A stretch of DNA of 64,000 nt, from NCBI GenBank assembly GCA_047602405.1, contig JASGHJ010000001.1, positions 1 to 64,000 on the forward strand. The letters are read 5' to 3'. The notes below the pieces were generated by a model. It had not been told where the DNA came from. It worked only from the letters and a program-made list of their open reading frames with translations, and did no database searches. Position 1 is the first letter of the stretch; each line of letters starts with the position of its first letter. This document shows positions 51,332-61,735 of this stretch, piece after piece. The translations under genes were made by a program, and so were the position numbers. This DNA comes from Anaeromyxobacteraceae bacterium (GTDB lineage: Bacteria; Myxococcota; Myxococcia; Myxococcales; Anaeromyxobacteraceae).

Positions 51332-52150
51332 CTACTCCCGCTCCGCGAGCGCCCCGGTGAGCGCCGCGACCGCGGTCGCGACTGCGCGCTCGACCTGCGC
51401 GCGCTCCGCGTCCTTGAAGGCCGGATCCTCGTCGGCGACGAGGTCGAGCTGCTCGGAGACGTACGCCGCGAGCGACGGCTGCACGGCCTCGAGCGTGGGC
51501 GGCTCGCGCTCGAGCGCGGCGAGGTCGCGGTACGCGACGGCGCCGAGGCGATCCCCGAAGCCCTGGTCGAACATCGCCCACGCCTCGAACGCGAGATCCG
51601 CCGCGGCGAGGCCGCCGGCGTCCGGCATGGGCAGGCTCTCGAGCCACGCGGAGAGGTCCGGCTGTCCGTTCATGAACCGGTCGCGCCGGCGCCGGAGTTC
51701 CCGGTCCGGCAGCGCCGCGAGGTGCCGCCAGACCGACTCGACGAGGTCGTGCGAGAGCTCCGGGCCGAGCTCGGTGCCGCGGCCGGGGAGCGGCGCGGCC
51801 TCCGGCGCGGGTGAGGGGTTCGGCACCGGCGCGGGCGCGTCGTCCTCGATGCCGAGGCCGGCCTCCAGGCGGGCCCACAGGCCGAAGAGGTTCGCGTAGA
51901 GGCGCCGCGCCTCCTCGGGCGTGCCGAAGCGCGGCTCGCTCGGGAAGAGCGTCGGGATGATCGCGTTCCTGGGCTCGCCGCGCGACTGCGCGCGACGGAA
52001 GGTCGCGGCGACCTCCTCGACCCCGTGCGGCGACCCGGCCCTCGCCATCAGCGCGCCGAGCACCTCGGGGCCCTCGTAGATCGCGTCGAGGCCCGAGCGC
52101 CCGCCGCCGCCACCACCGCCGCTTCCGCCGCCACGCCCTCGCCGGCTCAT
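51332..52150 (-). CDS. Hypothetical protein
   Basis: 272-aa ORF with typical composition; ATGA overlap with the SDR gene. Confidence 0.8.
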   Translation of the reverse strand: MSRRGRGGGSGGGGGGGRSGLDAIYEGPEVLGALMARAGSPHGVEEVAATFRRAQSRGEPRNAIIPTLFPSEPRFGTPEEARRLYANLFGLWARLEAGLGIEDDAPAPVPNPSPAPEAAPLPGRGTELGPELSHDLVESVWRHLAALPDRELRRRRDRFMNGQPDLSAWLESLPMPDAGGLAAADLAFEAWAMFDQGFGDRLGAVAYRDLAALEREPPTLEAVQPSLAAYVSEQLDLVADEDPAFKDAERAQVERAVATAVAALTGALAERE

Positions 52151-52944
52151 GTCGCCCTCTCCTTCTGCACCGCGCCCGAGATGCGCCGCACGAGCGGCCG
52201 CGGGAGGAACCGCACCGCGGACGTCGTGAGGCCGTAGAGCCAGGTCGGCACGCGCACGACCTCGCGCCGCTCGAGCTGGCGGAGCGCGTCGGCGGCGGCC
52301 TCGGCGCTCGTGAGCACCGAGGGCACCTGCTGGAAGCGGGTGCCCGTGCCGGCGACCGCCCCGAACTCGGTCGCGACCGGGCCCGGGCAGAACGCCGCCG
52401 AGAGCACGCCCGTGCCGCGGAGCTCCTCGGAGAGCGCCTCGGCGAAGCTGAGCGCGAAGGCCTTCGTGGCGCCGTAGACGGCCATGTGCGGCGTCGGCTG
52501 GAAGGCAGCGACGGAGGCGACGGTGAGCACGGCGGCGGGCTCGCCCGCGGCGGCCGCGGCGCGGAGCTGCGGCAGGAGCGCGTGCGTGAGGAGCGCGACC
52601 GCCTCGCAGTTCGTGCGGAGCATCGCGCGGACGCGGGCCGGGTCGGAGCGCTCGAAGCGGCCGTAGGCGCCGACGCCTGCGTCGTTGACGAGCCAGGCGG
52701 CGCCGCCGAGCCTCGCCGCGGCCTCCGCGAGGCGGGGTGCGGCGTCATCGGCGGCCACGTCGAGGGCGAGCGCGTGGATGGGGGCGCGGCCGGCCCGCCG
52801 GGCCTCCGCCGCGAGCGCCTCGAGCCGGTCGAGCCGCCGGGCGACCGCGAGGACGGGGCGGCCCCGCGCGGCGACGAGCCGGGCGAGGTCCGCGCCGATC
52901 CCGGAGGACGCACCGGTGACGACGGCGAGGCGGGGGGTGGGCAT
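52147..52944 (-). CDS. Short-chain dehydrogenase/reductase
   Basis: TGASSGIG, VNDAG, YGATK, CPGPVATEF. Confidence 0.93.
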   Translation of the reverse strand: MPTPRLAVVTGASSGIGADLARLVAARGRPVLAVARRLDRLEALAAEARRAGRAPIHALALDVAADDAAPRLAEAAARLGGAAWLVNDAGVGAYGRFERSDPARVRAMLRTNCEAVALLTHALLPQLRAAAAAGEPAAVLTVASVAAFQPTPHMAVYGATKAFALSFAEALSEELRGTGVLSAAFCPGPVATEFGAVAGTGTRFQQVPSVLTSAEAAADALRQLERREVVRVPTWLYGLTTSAVRFLPRPLVRRISGAVQKERAT

Positions 52945-53007
52945 GCCGCGCGGGAGTCTACCCGCATGCGGCGGGGTGCGCGCGGGACGAAATCGAGAAG
53001 AGTAAGG

Positions 53008-53036
53008 CCCGGGCGGACCCGAGGCGTCCGCCCGGG
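53008..53036. terminator. GC hairpin, possible terminator
   Basis: CCCGGGCGGAC-N7-GTCCGCCCGGG, 11-bp stem. Confidence 0.45.
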
Positions 53037-53045
53037 GAGGTGAGG

Positions 53046-53222
53046 TCAGCCGTCGCGGCCGCTCCGCGGGCGGTGAGCGTCGCGACGGTCGGGGGGCGCG
53101 ACGGGCGGGGGGCGCGCGCCCTCCGCCGCGAGGAGGATCGAGAGCAGGTGGAGCCTCGGGACCGGACGTTCGAGGAGGGTCGCCGGCGGCGCGGCCGGCG
53201 ACGGGCGGTTGGGCCGGCGCAT
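53046..53222 (-). CDS. Possible 58-aa small ORF
   Basis: ATG 2 nt after the lipoprotein stop; MRRPNRPS...RLHLLSILLAAE...; followed by a hairpin. Confidence 0.3.
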   Translation of the reverse strand: MRRPNRPSPAAPPATLLERPVPRLHLLSILLAAEGARPPPVAPPDRRDAHRPRSGRDG

Positions 53223-53224
53223 GG

Positions 53225-53812
53225 TCAGCGCCCCTCGAACGGGAGCCAGTTACCGATTGGCTCGCCCTCAAGCCGCAGCGACGCGTCGTAGGGGAAGCCA
53301 CGGCCGGGCGGATCCTCGTCACCGCCCTCCGGCGCGACCTCCCCCGCGGCCGACCCGCCCGGCTCGCGAGCTCCGCTGCACACGAGCGTCCGCGCCACCG
53401 TCTGGCCCAGGCACTGGTAGCAGCAGTCCGCGCAGGAGTGGGCGAGGTCGATCCCCACGCCCCAGTAGATCGTGCGGTCCGGTGTCTCGGCGCCGTAGCA
53501 GACCTTGGCGCCGGCCGCGCAACCGAGCGTCGTCGCACCCGTGCCGCCGGACGGGAGCGTGTAGACGTTCGGCGGCGGAGGCGCGACGAGGCCGTTGTTC
53601 ACGTCGAAGAACCGGATGTAGAGGCCCTGCCCGTCCGCGCAGGCGTCGGTGAGCCTCACGGTGAGGGTCGGGTCTGGCGGAGGCGGAGGCGGGGGCGGGG
53701 GCGGGGGCGTCACCTCATGCGTCGTGTGCTCCCCGCCACCTCCGCAGGCGGTACCGAGGAGGACGAGAACGACGACCGAGAGGCCAGCGAGCGGGAAGCC
53801 ACGGCGCGGCAT
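53225..53812 (-). CDS. Cys-rich lipoprotein
   Basis: Lipobox GTAC, poly-Pro linker, 8-Cys domain (C..KVCYGA..WGVG..CADCCYQC). Confidence 0.8.
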   Translation of the reverse strand: MPRRGFPLAGLSVVVLVLLGTACGGGGEHTTHEVTPPPPPPPPPPPDPTLTVRLTDACADGQGLYIRFFDVNNGLVAPPPPNVYTLPSGGTGATTLGCAAGAKVCYGAETPDRTIYWGVGIDLAHSCADCCYQCLGQTVARTLVCSGAREPGGSAAGEVAPEGGDEDPPGRGFPYDASLRLEGEPIGNWLPFEGR

Positions 53813-53990
53813 GAGCTGCTCCTTGGTTCACGGCGGAAGACCCGCCGATTGGCCAAGGGACCGGCACCCGGTTGCGATCCGACGTCAGGCCGCCCGCGGC
53901 CGGGCGGCCATCGAGGCGGCTCCCCAACCGGGCCAGAACCGCCTCGGTCAGGTCCACGAACGGGCGTGGTCTGCTTCACTGAAGGTCGGG

Positions 53991-54018
53991 TCCCCCCGGG
54001 CCCGCGAGCCCGGGGGGA
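53991..54018 (-). terminator. GC hairpin downstream of the ECF operon
   Basis: TCCCCCCGGGC-N6-GCCCGGGGGGA, 10 nt after the stop at 54029. Confidence 0.5.
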
Positions 54019-54028
54019 GCGGTGAAGC

Positions 54029-54802
54029 CTACGGCCCGACCTCGACCTCCACGTCGAAGCCGTCGTCGAACGCGAAGTCCCGGTCCACGAGCACCTGGTC
54101 CGCGGCGTCGCCCTCGTACACCTTCGTGCCGTCGGGGCCTGCGATCACGACCTTCTTCCGCACGTCCGCGCCGTCGCGCCCGAGGCCGAACGCGAAGGCC
54201 TTGCCGTTCATCCCGCCGAGCATCGCACCCTGCCCGCCCGGACCGCCGGGGCCCATGCGCTGCCGGATCATCTGGCGGATGCCCTCGCCCATCGCGCCGG
54301 GCGCGAAGCGCCGGTGGAACCGGTCGAGGAAGAGCACCGCGCGGGCGCGCTGCTCGGGGGTGAGGTCCTTGATGACCGCCTGGAGGGTCTCCTTGTCGAC
54401 CGCGGCCATCTGCGCGCGGGCGTCGAGGCCCTTCTGGATGGCCTGGTCGACCTCCTGGGCGCTGACCTTCTCGCCGTCGGCCGCGCGGCGGAGCACGTCG
54501 TGCGCGTCGCGCATCTGCTTGCGGATGGCGACGCGGCGGTCGTCCTGCTTCGACATCACGTCGCCGAGCTCGAGCGCCTTCTTCGGCTCGAGGTCGAGCG
54601 CCTCGGCGAGGCCGAGGGTGCGGGCGAGCTTCATGCGGCGCTCGGCGCGCTCCTGGGCCTTCGGGTCGTCCTTGAGCTGCCGCATCATGCCGGGGCCGCG
54701 CGGGCCGGCGCCGGTGGGGCCGCCGGGGCCGGGGCCCTGGCCGGGGTTCTGCGCGAAGGCGGCGAGGGGCAGCACGAGCGCCGCGAGTGCGAGCTTCTTC
54801 AT
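54029..54802 (-). CDS. Secreted Spy/CpxP-like (LTxxQ) helical protein
   Basis: Signal peptide, GP-rich ends, LTPEQRA motif. Confidence 0.75.
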   Translation of the reverse strand: MKKLALAALVLPLAAFAQNPGQGPGPGGPTGAGPRGPGMMRQLKDDPKAQERAERRMKLARTLGLAEALDLEPKKALELGDVMSKQDDRRVAIRKQMRDAHDVLRRAADGEKVSAQEVDQAIQKGLDARAQMAAVDKETLQAVIKDLTPEQRARAVLFLDRFHRRFAPGAMGEGIRQMIRQRMGPGGPGGQGAMLGGMNGKAFAFGLGRDGADVRKKVVIAGPDGTKVYEGDAADQVLVDRDFAFDDGFDVEVEVGP

Positions 54803-54897
54803 GGTCTCTCCTTCTCTGACGGTGAATCTCATGGTGGTGGGGTCTGCGTGCCTCGGGAGATCGGGGAATCGGTTCCGGGTCCGGCGGGCCGGAGGGC

Positions 54898-55461
54898 TCA
54901 GCGGCCCATGCCCGCGTCGTACGAGCTGAGCGCGGCCTCGGTGTACGTGGCGGAGCCGCGGACGCCCTGGCGGTAGTCGAGCACCGCCCCGGAGGCCTCG
55001 TAGAGCGCGTCCGGATCCGGCGGCTCCCAGTGCGCCCGGGCCGCCTCGAGCTCCTGCAGCTCCGCGAGGCGCGCCTCGATGGCGGCCCGCTCCTGCGCCC
55101 GCCGCGCGGCGGACTTCTGGAGCAGCACCGGGGACGCGACCGCGGCGAGGAGCGCGGCGGCGACGCCGGCGAGGATGGCCCCGCGCAGCAGGCGCGTGCG
55201 ATGGCGCTCGCGGCGGGTGAGCTCGGCCCGCAGCCGGGCCGGCAAGGTGGCCATCGCGCGGCGCTCGTCGTCGGAGACCGGCGGGAGCGCCGCGAGCCCG
55301 AGCGCGCGGCGGCTCCCGTCGAGGACCGCGCGGCACGGGGCGCATCCCTGGACGTGCGCCTCGAGCCGCGCGGCCTCGTCGGCCTCGAGCGCGCCCGCGG
55401 CGAGGAGCGAGATCGCGACCTCGTGCTCGGCGCAGGCGGCGGTGGGGGTCGGGGCGCTCAC
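54898..55461 (-). CDS. Zinc-finger (zf-HC2) anti-sigma factor
   Basis: HVQGCAPC and one TM helix; overlaps the sigma factor stop. Confidence 0.88.
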   Translation of the reverse strand: MSAPTPTAACAEHEVAISLLAAGALEADEAARLEAHVQGCAPCRAVLDGSRRALGLAALPPVSDDERRAMATLPARLRAELTRRERHRTRLLRGAILAGVAAALLAAVASPVLLQKSAARRAQERAAIEARLAELQELEAARAHWEPPDPDALYEASGAVLDYRQGVRGSATYTEAALSSYDAGMGR

Positions 55462-56108
55462 GGGCGGGCCTCCTCGAGCTGTTCGCGCAGCCGCTTCACG
55501 GCGTGGTGGAAGGTGACCTTGGCGGAGTTCTCGGTCGTCCCGAGCGCCTCGGCGATCTCGGCGAAGGAGAGCTCCGCGTCGATGCGGAGCGTGAGCACCT
55601 CGCGCTGGCGCCGCGGCAGCGCGGCGACCGCCTCGCGCATGCGGCGCGCCTGCTCCTCGTGCTCGAGCGCGGCGGGCGCGAGCGCCGGCGCGGCCTCCTC
55701 CGGGCCGATGGCCTCGAGCGGCGCCCGGCGGGTGCGGGCCTCGTCGCGGCGGTGGTTCTTCGCGAGGTTCACCGCGATGCGGACGAGCCAGGCCTTGAAG
55801 ACGAAGCCGCGGCGGGCGTCGCCGGGGCGGCCGAAGATCGGCGTGCGGCCGAGCGTGCGGCGCGCGGCCTCGAAGGCGCGCAGGAACGTGCGCTGGGCGA
55901 GGTCGCGGGCGTCGTCCGGCGTGCGGGCCCAGCGGCGCACGAGGCGGAGCACGGTCTGCTCGTGGCGGCGGACGAGCTCGCCGAACGCGACGTCGTCCCC
56001 CACGAGGAACGCGGCGACGAGCGCCTCGTCCTCGCGGCGGGCGGGGCTCGCGCCGCCGGGGAGGACCCGGAAGGTCGGCCGCCCCGCGCTGTCGCCCGTC
56101 TCGCTCAT
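55458..56108 (-). CDS. ECF RNA polymerase sigma factor
   Basis: AFGELVRRH, DLAQRTF, FKAWLVRIAVN, LPRRQREVL, EIAEALG. Confidence 0.93.
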   Translation of the reverse strand: MSETGDSAGRPTFRVLPGGASPARREDEALVAAFLVGDDVAFGELVRRHEQTVLRLVRRWARTPDDARDLAQRTFLRAFEAARRTLGRTPIFGRPGDARRGFVFKAWLVRIAVNLAKNHRRDEARTRRAPLEAIGPEEAAPALAPAALEHEEQARRMREAVAALPRRQREVLTLRIDAELSFAEIAEALGTTENSAKVTFHHAVKRLREQLEEARP

Positions 56109-56171
56109 GATGTGAAGCACCGTCGGCACGCCATCTAGAGACCCCTTGCCGCCCCCGAGGTTAACGACTAA

Positions 56172-57536
<1,365 letters not shown>

Positions 57537-57677
57537 ACCCTGGGGCTGCGCGGACCCGGCCGGTGACCCGGCCTGGCCGTCCCAGCCCCCCGTGATCCCT
57601 GGCCTTCGCCGCCGGCGCTCCCGGTCCGGCGCGTGCACTCCCGGGCGCCCGTGGACGCACCTCGCCCCACGGAGCCG

Positions 57678-59780
57678 ATGGCGCCCGCTGAGCCCGACCT
57701 CGTCGCGCGCGTCCGCGCGTGGCGCACCGCCGCCGTGCGCGAGCTCCTGTTCCTGCTCGCCGGCCTCGCGGCGCTGCTCACCATCGCGTACCTGCCCTTC
57801 TACCGCGACGTGCGGCCGTTCGTGTTCGGCCTGACGATCGGCGCGACCGTCGCCTACGCCCTCGGGGCGCGGCTCCCGAACCTCTCGTACCGCGCGCGCG
57901 CGATCATCCTCGTCGCGCCCACGCTGACCTCGGCGATCGCCGTGTACCTCGCGCGCGGCGTCGACCCCATCGCCACCGCGAACGCCTTCGCCTCCGCGGT
58001 GCTCGGCACGCTCGCCGGCGGCCCGATCGTCGGCGCGGCGATCGCCGCGACGATCGCAACCTCCGTCGTCGCGGTGGCCATCTCCGGCCCCCTCGCCGGC
58101 CCGCTGCCCGTCATCGCGCCCGCCGAGCTCGCCTTCCTGCACGTGCTCGGCTCGGTGCCGCTGCTCGTGGTCTCGGTGCACGGCGTCGCCATCGTGCTGC
58201 AGCGGCTCGAGGGCGTGTCGCTCGACTCGATCGCGCTCGTGGCGCGGCTGCGGCGCGAGGCCGAGGAGCGCGAGCGCGCCGTCGCCGCGCTGCGGGAGAG
58301 CGAGGACCGCTTCCGTCTCGCGTTCAGGACGAGCCAGGACGCCTTCAGCATCTCGCGGGTGGACGACTCGACCTTCCTCGCGGTGAGCGACGGGTTCACC
58401 CGCGTGTACGGCTGGACCGAGCAGGAGACCGTCGGGAAGAAGGCGCTCGAGCTCGGGCTCTGGGTCGACCCCGCCGACCGCGCGCGCATGGCCACGCTGC
58501 TCGCCAGCGAGGGCGAGTTCCGGGACCTCGAGGTGCTCCAGCGGCGCAAGGACGGCGCGCTCCGCACGGTGCGCATGTCCGGCTCGCTCTTCGTGGGGAA
58601 GGACGGGACCGGCCAGGTCCTCGCCGTGCTCCGCGACGTCACCGACGAGCTCCGCCTCGCCGTGGAGCGCAAGCGCCTCCACGAGCAGTTCGCGCAGGCG
58701 CAGAAGATCGAGGCGATCGGCCGGCTCGCCGGCGGCGTCGCGCACGAGTTCAACAACGTCCTCACGAGCATCGGCGCTTCCGCCGGCTTCATCGGCATGG
58801 AGGCCGAGCCGGGCTCCGAGCTCGCCGACATCGCGCGCGAGATCGAGGCCGGCGTCGAGCGCGGCACGCAGCTCACCCGGCAGATGCTCGCGTTCACCCA
58901 GCGCCAGGTGCTGCAGCCGCGCCCGGTGGACGTGAACGCCATCCTCGGCGACATGCGCCGCGTGCTCGAGCGCGTGCTCGGCGAGGGCATCCAGATCGTG
59001 CTCGAGCCCGCGCGCGAGACCTGCCGCGTGCTCGCCGACCCCGGCCAGCTCCAGCAGGCGATGCTGAACCTCGTCGTCAACGCGCGCGACGCGATGCCGA
59101 AGGGCGGCCGGATCCTCCTCGCGACGAGCCTCGCGAAGGGCCCGCCGGCCGAGGTCGTGATCGAGGTCGTCGACGAGGGCCCCGGCATCCCGCCCGAGAT
59201 CGCCGAGCACCTGTTCGAGCCCTTCTACTCGACGAAGGCGGACGGCACCGGCCTTGGGCTCGCGTCGGTGTACGGCATCGTGAAGCAGCACCGCGGGACC
59301 ATCGAGGTCGAGCCCGGCGTCGGTCGCGGCGCGACGTTCCGCATCCGGCTCCCCGCCGTCGCCGAGGTGGACCCCGCCGAGGTCGGCATGCCCGGCCTGC
59401 CGCCGCGCGGCCACGGCGAGCAGGTGCTGCTGGTGGACGACGAGGCCGTGGTCCGCCGCGCGACCGAGCGCCTGCTCGCGCGGCTCGGGTACCACGTGAC
59501 CGTCGCGAGCAGCGGCGACGAGGCCCTCGCGCTCGTGGAGGGCGGCGCGAAGGTCGACGTGGTCGTGACGGACGTCGCCATGCCCGGGATGAGCGGCACC
59601 GAGCTCGCGCAGCAGGTCCGCGACCGGAGGCCCGGCACGCCGGTGCTGTTCGTGAGCGGGTACGCCGAGGAGCTCATGGACCCCGGGCTGCCGGATGGCG
59701 GCAAGCTCGGGTTCCTGCCGAAGCCGTTCTCGATGGAGACGCTGGCGGAGAAGGTCAGGGATCTGCTCGTGGATGCGTGA
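57678..59780 (+). CDS. Membrane PAS hybrid histidine kinase with C-terminal receiver
   Basis: TM N-terminus, PAS, LAGGVAHEFNN, NLVVNARDAM, FEPFYSTK, GTGLGL, receiver LVDDE/TD/KPF. Confidence 0.94.
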   Translation: MAPAEPDLVARVRAWRTAAVRELLFLLAGLAALLTIAYLPFYRDVRPFVFGLTIGATVAYALGARLPNLSYRARAIILVAPTLTSAIAVYLARGVDPIATANAFASAVLGTLAGGPIVGAAIAATIATSVVAVAISGPLAGPLPVIAPAELAFLHVLGSVPLLVVSVHGVAIVLQRLEGVSLDSIALVARLRREAEERERAVAALRESEDRFRLAFRTSQDAFSISRVDDSTFLAVSDGFTRVYGWTEQETVGKKALELGLWVDPADRARMATLLASEGEFRDLEVLQRRKDGALRTVRMSGSLFVGKDGTGQVLAVLRDVTDELRLAVERKRLHEQFAQAQKIEAIGRLAGGVAHEFNNVLTSIGASAGFIGMEAEPGSELADIAREIEAGVERGTQLTRQMLAFTQRQVLQPRPVDVNAILGDMRRVLERVLGEGIQIVLEPARETCRVLADPGQLQQAMLNLVVNARDAMPKGGRILLATSLAKGPPAEVVIEVVDEGPGIPPEIAEHLFEPFYSTKADGTGLGLASVYGIVKQHRGTIEVEPGVGRGATFRIRLPAVAEVDPAEVGMPGLPPRGHGEQVLLVDDEAVVRRATERLLARLGYHVTVASSGDEALALVEGGAKVDVVVTDVAMPGMSGTELAQQVRDRRPGTPVLFVSGYAEELMDPGLPDGGKLGFLPKPFSMETLAEKVRDLLVDA

Positions 59781-59805
59781 TCAGCAGACGGGCGCCGGCT
59801 AACTT

Positions 59806-59857
59806 CCGTTCGTCCCGAGCGTAGGGCCGCCGAAGGCGGCCCGGAGACGAGGGACGC
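59806..59857 (+). repeat. REP-like element between convergent genes (best consensus copy)
   Basis: CCGTTCGTCCCGAGCGTAGGGCCGCC-GAA-GGCGGCCCGGAGACGAGGGACGC. Confidence 0.85.
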
Positions 59858-59858
59858 C

Positions 59859-60743
59859 CTACAGCGCAGCGGTCAGCACGATCCGCTCCCGCCCCGACAC
59901 CACTACCCCACCCGGCTTCTCGACTGTGACCGCGAAGAGTTTCGGATCCCTGACCTCGATCGGCGCGTGGATCGCGATGACCACCTCGCCGTCGCGCACG
60001 TCGAACACGCCGCCGTCGACCGGGTACCGCTGGTCCCGCGTCGCGTCGAAGATCCAGAGCTGGTACTGCTGCGCCTTCGGGTCGTTCGCCTGCAGCCCGC
60101 GGATCCGCAGGTAGCCCTGCTGCTTCGACGGGCTCCACACGACGTCGCCCGTGGCGCCGGTCGCCGCTGGATCCTTCGTGGCGGACCACGCGATGGTCTT
60201 CACGTCCTGCGCCTGCGCGAGGAGCCTAGCGCGCGCCTCCACCGGCGCCGGCGGCCGGGGCGGCGGGGCCTCGACCACCCGGACGTTCTCGATCACCGTG
60301 GGCGGCCGCATCCAGCCGAAGATCGCGAGCACCGCCGCGGCGGTCGCCGCGATCCAGCCGAGGGCACGGCCGCGGTCCCTCTTCGGACCCCTCATGCTCG
60401 AGGTGCCTCGCACCTCCCCGGTCACCCGTTCACCGGCCGAAACCGAATCACCCTCCGCTCGTCCTGAGCCCTTCGACTTCGCCGCTGACGCGGCTACGCT
60501 CAGGGTAAACGAAGTCGAAGGACGCGCCGCGCCCGGCGCCGCCGCGAGCACCTTCTCCTTCAACGCGGCCGGCATCTCCTCCAGCTTCCCGAGCTCGGCC
60601 AGCGCCGCCGCCGCCGCCGCGTAATCCAGCGACTCGTCACCCGCGCCGCCGAGCCGCTCGAGCTCGCGCGCCTCCGCCTCCGGCAGCCCCTGGGTGGCCC
60701 GGTCGGCGAGCAGCTCTTCCTTGCGGTCCGGGGCGCGGCTCAC
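59859..60743 (-). CDS. RskA-family anti-sigma factor
   Basis: One TM helix, QYQLWIFD, PVDGGVF, FAVTVEKPGG; overlaps the sigma factor stop. Confidence 0.9.
   Translation of the reverse strand: MSRAPDRKEELLADRATQGLPEAEARELERLGGAGDESLDYAAAAAALAELGKLEEMPAALKEKVLAAAPGAARPSTSFTLSVAASAAKSKGSGRAEGDSVSAGERVTGEVRGTSSMRGPKRDRGRALGWIAATAAAVLAIFGWMRPPTVIENVRVVEAPPPRPPAPVEARARLLAQAQDVKTIAWSATKDPAATGATGDVVWSPSKQQGYLRIRGLQANDPKAQQYQLWIFDATRDQRYPVDGGVFDVRDGEVVIAIHAPIEVRDPKLFAVTVEKPGGVVVSGRERIVLTAAL
60455..60525. repeat. Nested composite REP-like element inside the anti-sigma gene
   Basis: Outer CCGCTCGTCCTGAGC...GAAGTCGAAGGACGC encloses an inverted copy at 60470-60510. Confidence 0.75.
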
Positions 60744-61318
60744 GGCACATCCTCCACTGCGCTCTGGGGTTCGCCCAGCAGAAGCGCCCGGATGCGGATG
60801 AGCCCTCGCCTGGCGTGCGCCTTCACCGTGCCGAGCGGCATGCCCGTGCGCTCCGAGATCTCCTCGTGTGTGAGCCCCTCCGAGACCGACAGCCGGATGA
60901 CCTCGCGCTGCCCGGGGCTGAGCTCCTTCAGCGCCTTCGACGCCAGCGCCGCCTCCGCGACCGTCTCGGCGTCACCCTCATGTGACGCCTCGGAGAGGTC
61001 ACCGCGGACCTCCGTGACCTCGTCGATGCTGTCGGTGGCCGGGCGGCGCTGCGCCTTGCGGCGCCGGTCGATGAGCCTGCGTCGCGCGATGACCGCGACG
61101 AACGCCTCCTCGGACGCCTTCGACGGATCGTAGCGCCCGCCGTGCGACCAGAGGTCGAGGAAGATCTCCTGGACCGCGTCCTCCGCGTCGGCGCGCGACG
61201 GCGACATGCGCCGGGCGAGGCCCCAGACGATGGGCCCGAAGCGCGAGAGGGCCTCCTTCACCGCGGCGTCGTCGCCGCGGGCGGCCCTCGTCAACACTGC
61301 GGGAGAGGCTGCGTCCAT
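60740..61318 (-). CDS. ECF sigma factor, SigK-like
   Basis: DAEDAVQEIF, YDPSK, IARRRLID, LTHEEIS...PLGTVK. Confidence 0.93.
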   Translation of the reverse strand: MDAASPAVLTRAARGDDAAVKEALSRFGPIVWGLARRMSPSRADAEDAVQEIFLDLWSHGGRYDPSKASEEAFVAVIARRRLIDRRRKAQRRPATDSIDEVTEVRGDLSEASHEGDAETVAEAALASKALKELSPGQREVIRLSVSEGLTHEEISERTGMPLGTVKAHARRGLIRIRALLLGEPQSAVEDVP

Positions 61319-61339
61319 CGACCCGCGAGCTTTGCGTGA

Positions 61340-61665
61340 AGAGGCGGCCGGGGAAACACCCTCGCGGGGCTCGTGCGTTCGAGGAAGGTGAGCCCCGCGA
61401 GGGCTCCGGCCAGCCGCCTGGCCTTCCGCCCCCGGGGAGGGAAGGGTGAGCCAGGCGACCGGTGCGGACTGCGGCACATCCACTGACACCGGGCTGCTGC
61501 TCCGAGGGACTCGCGGTCGATACGTACCGTGGGTTTGTCCTCGCATGGGACTGGGGTTCAGTAATCCACTGAGCCCATGTTCACCGTCCGCGGCTGCACC
61601 TGTCACCGTGCGTTACTGAGACTCAGGGTTCGCCCCGGAGGGTGGCTGTCGCCCTCCTGCCACAT
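61340..61665. ncRNA. Candidate structured non-coding RNA, family unknown
   Basis: At least five abutting or closely spaced stems including a perfect 14-bp one, a repeated internal motif, and lower GC than the flanks. Confidence 0.5.
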
Positions 61666-61686
61666 CGCGGTCGGGCCGGGCGAGCA

Positions 61687-61722
61687 CCGCTCGTCCTGAG
61701 CGTAGGGCCGCGCAGGACGAGC
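61687..61722 (+). repeat. Truncated REP-like element
   Basis: CCGCTCGTCCTGAGCGTAGGGCCGCGCAGGACGAGC. Confidence 0.65.
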
Positions 61723-61735
61723 AGGGCCTCCAGGC

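Noticed and set aside
61319..61606. N-terminal extension of the sigma factor in ORF 60740..61606
   Set aside because: The 96 extra residues are not sigma-like and the region has atypical base composition, so ATG 61318 is preferred. Not formally excluded.
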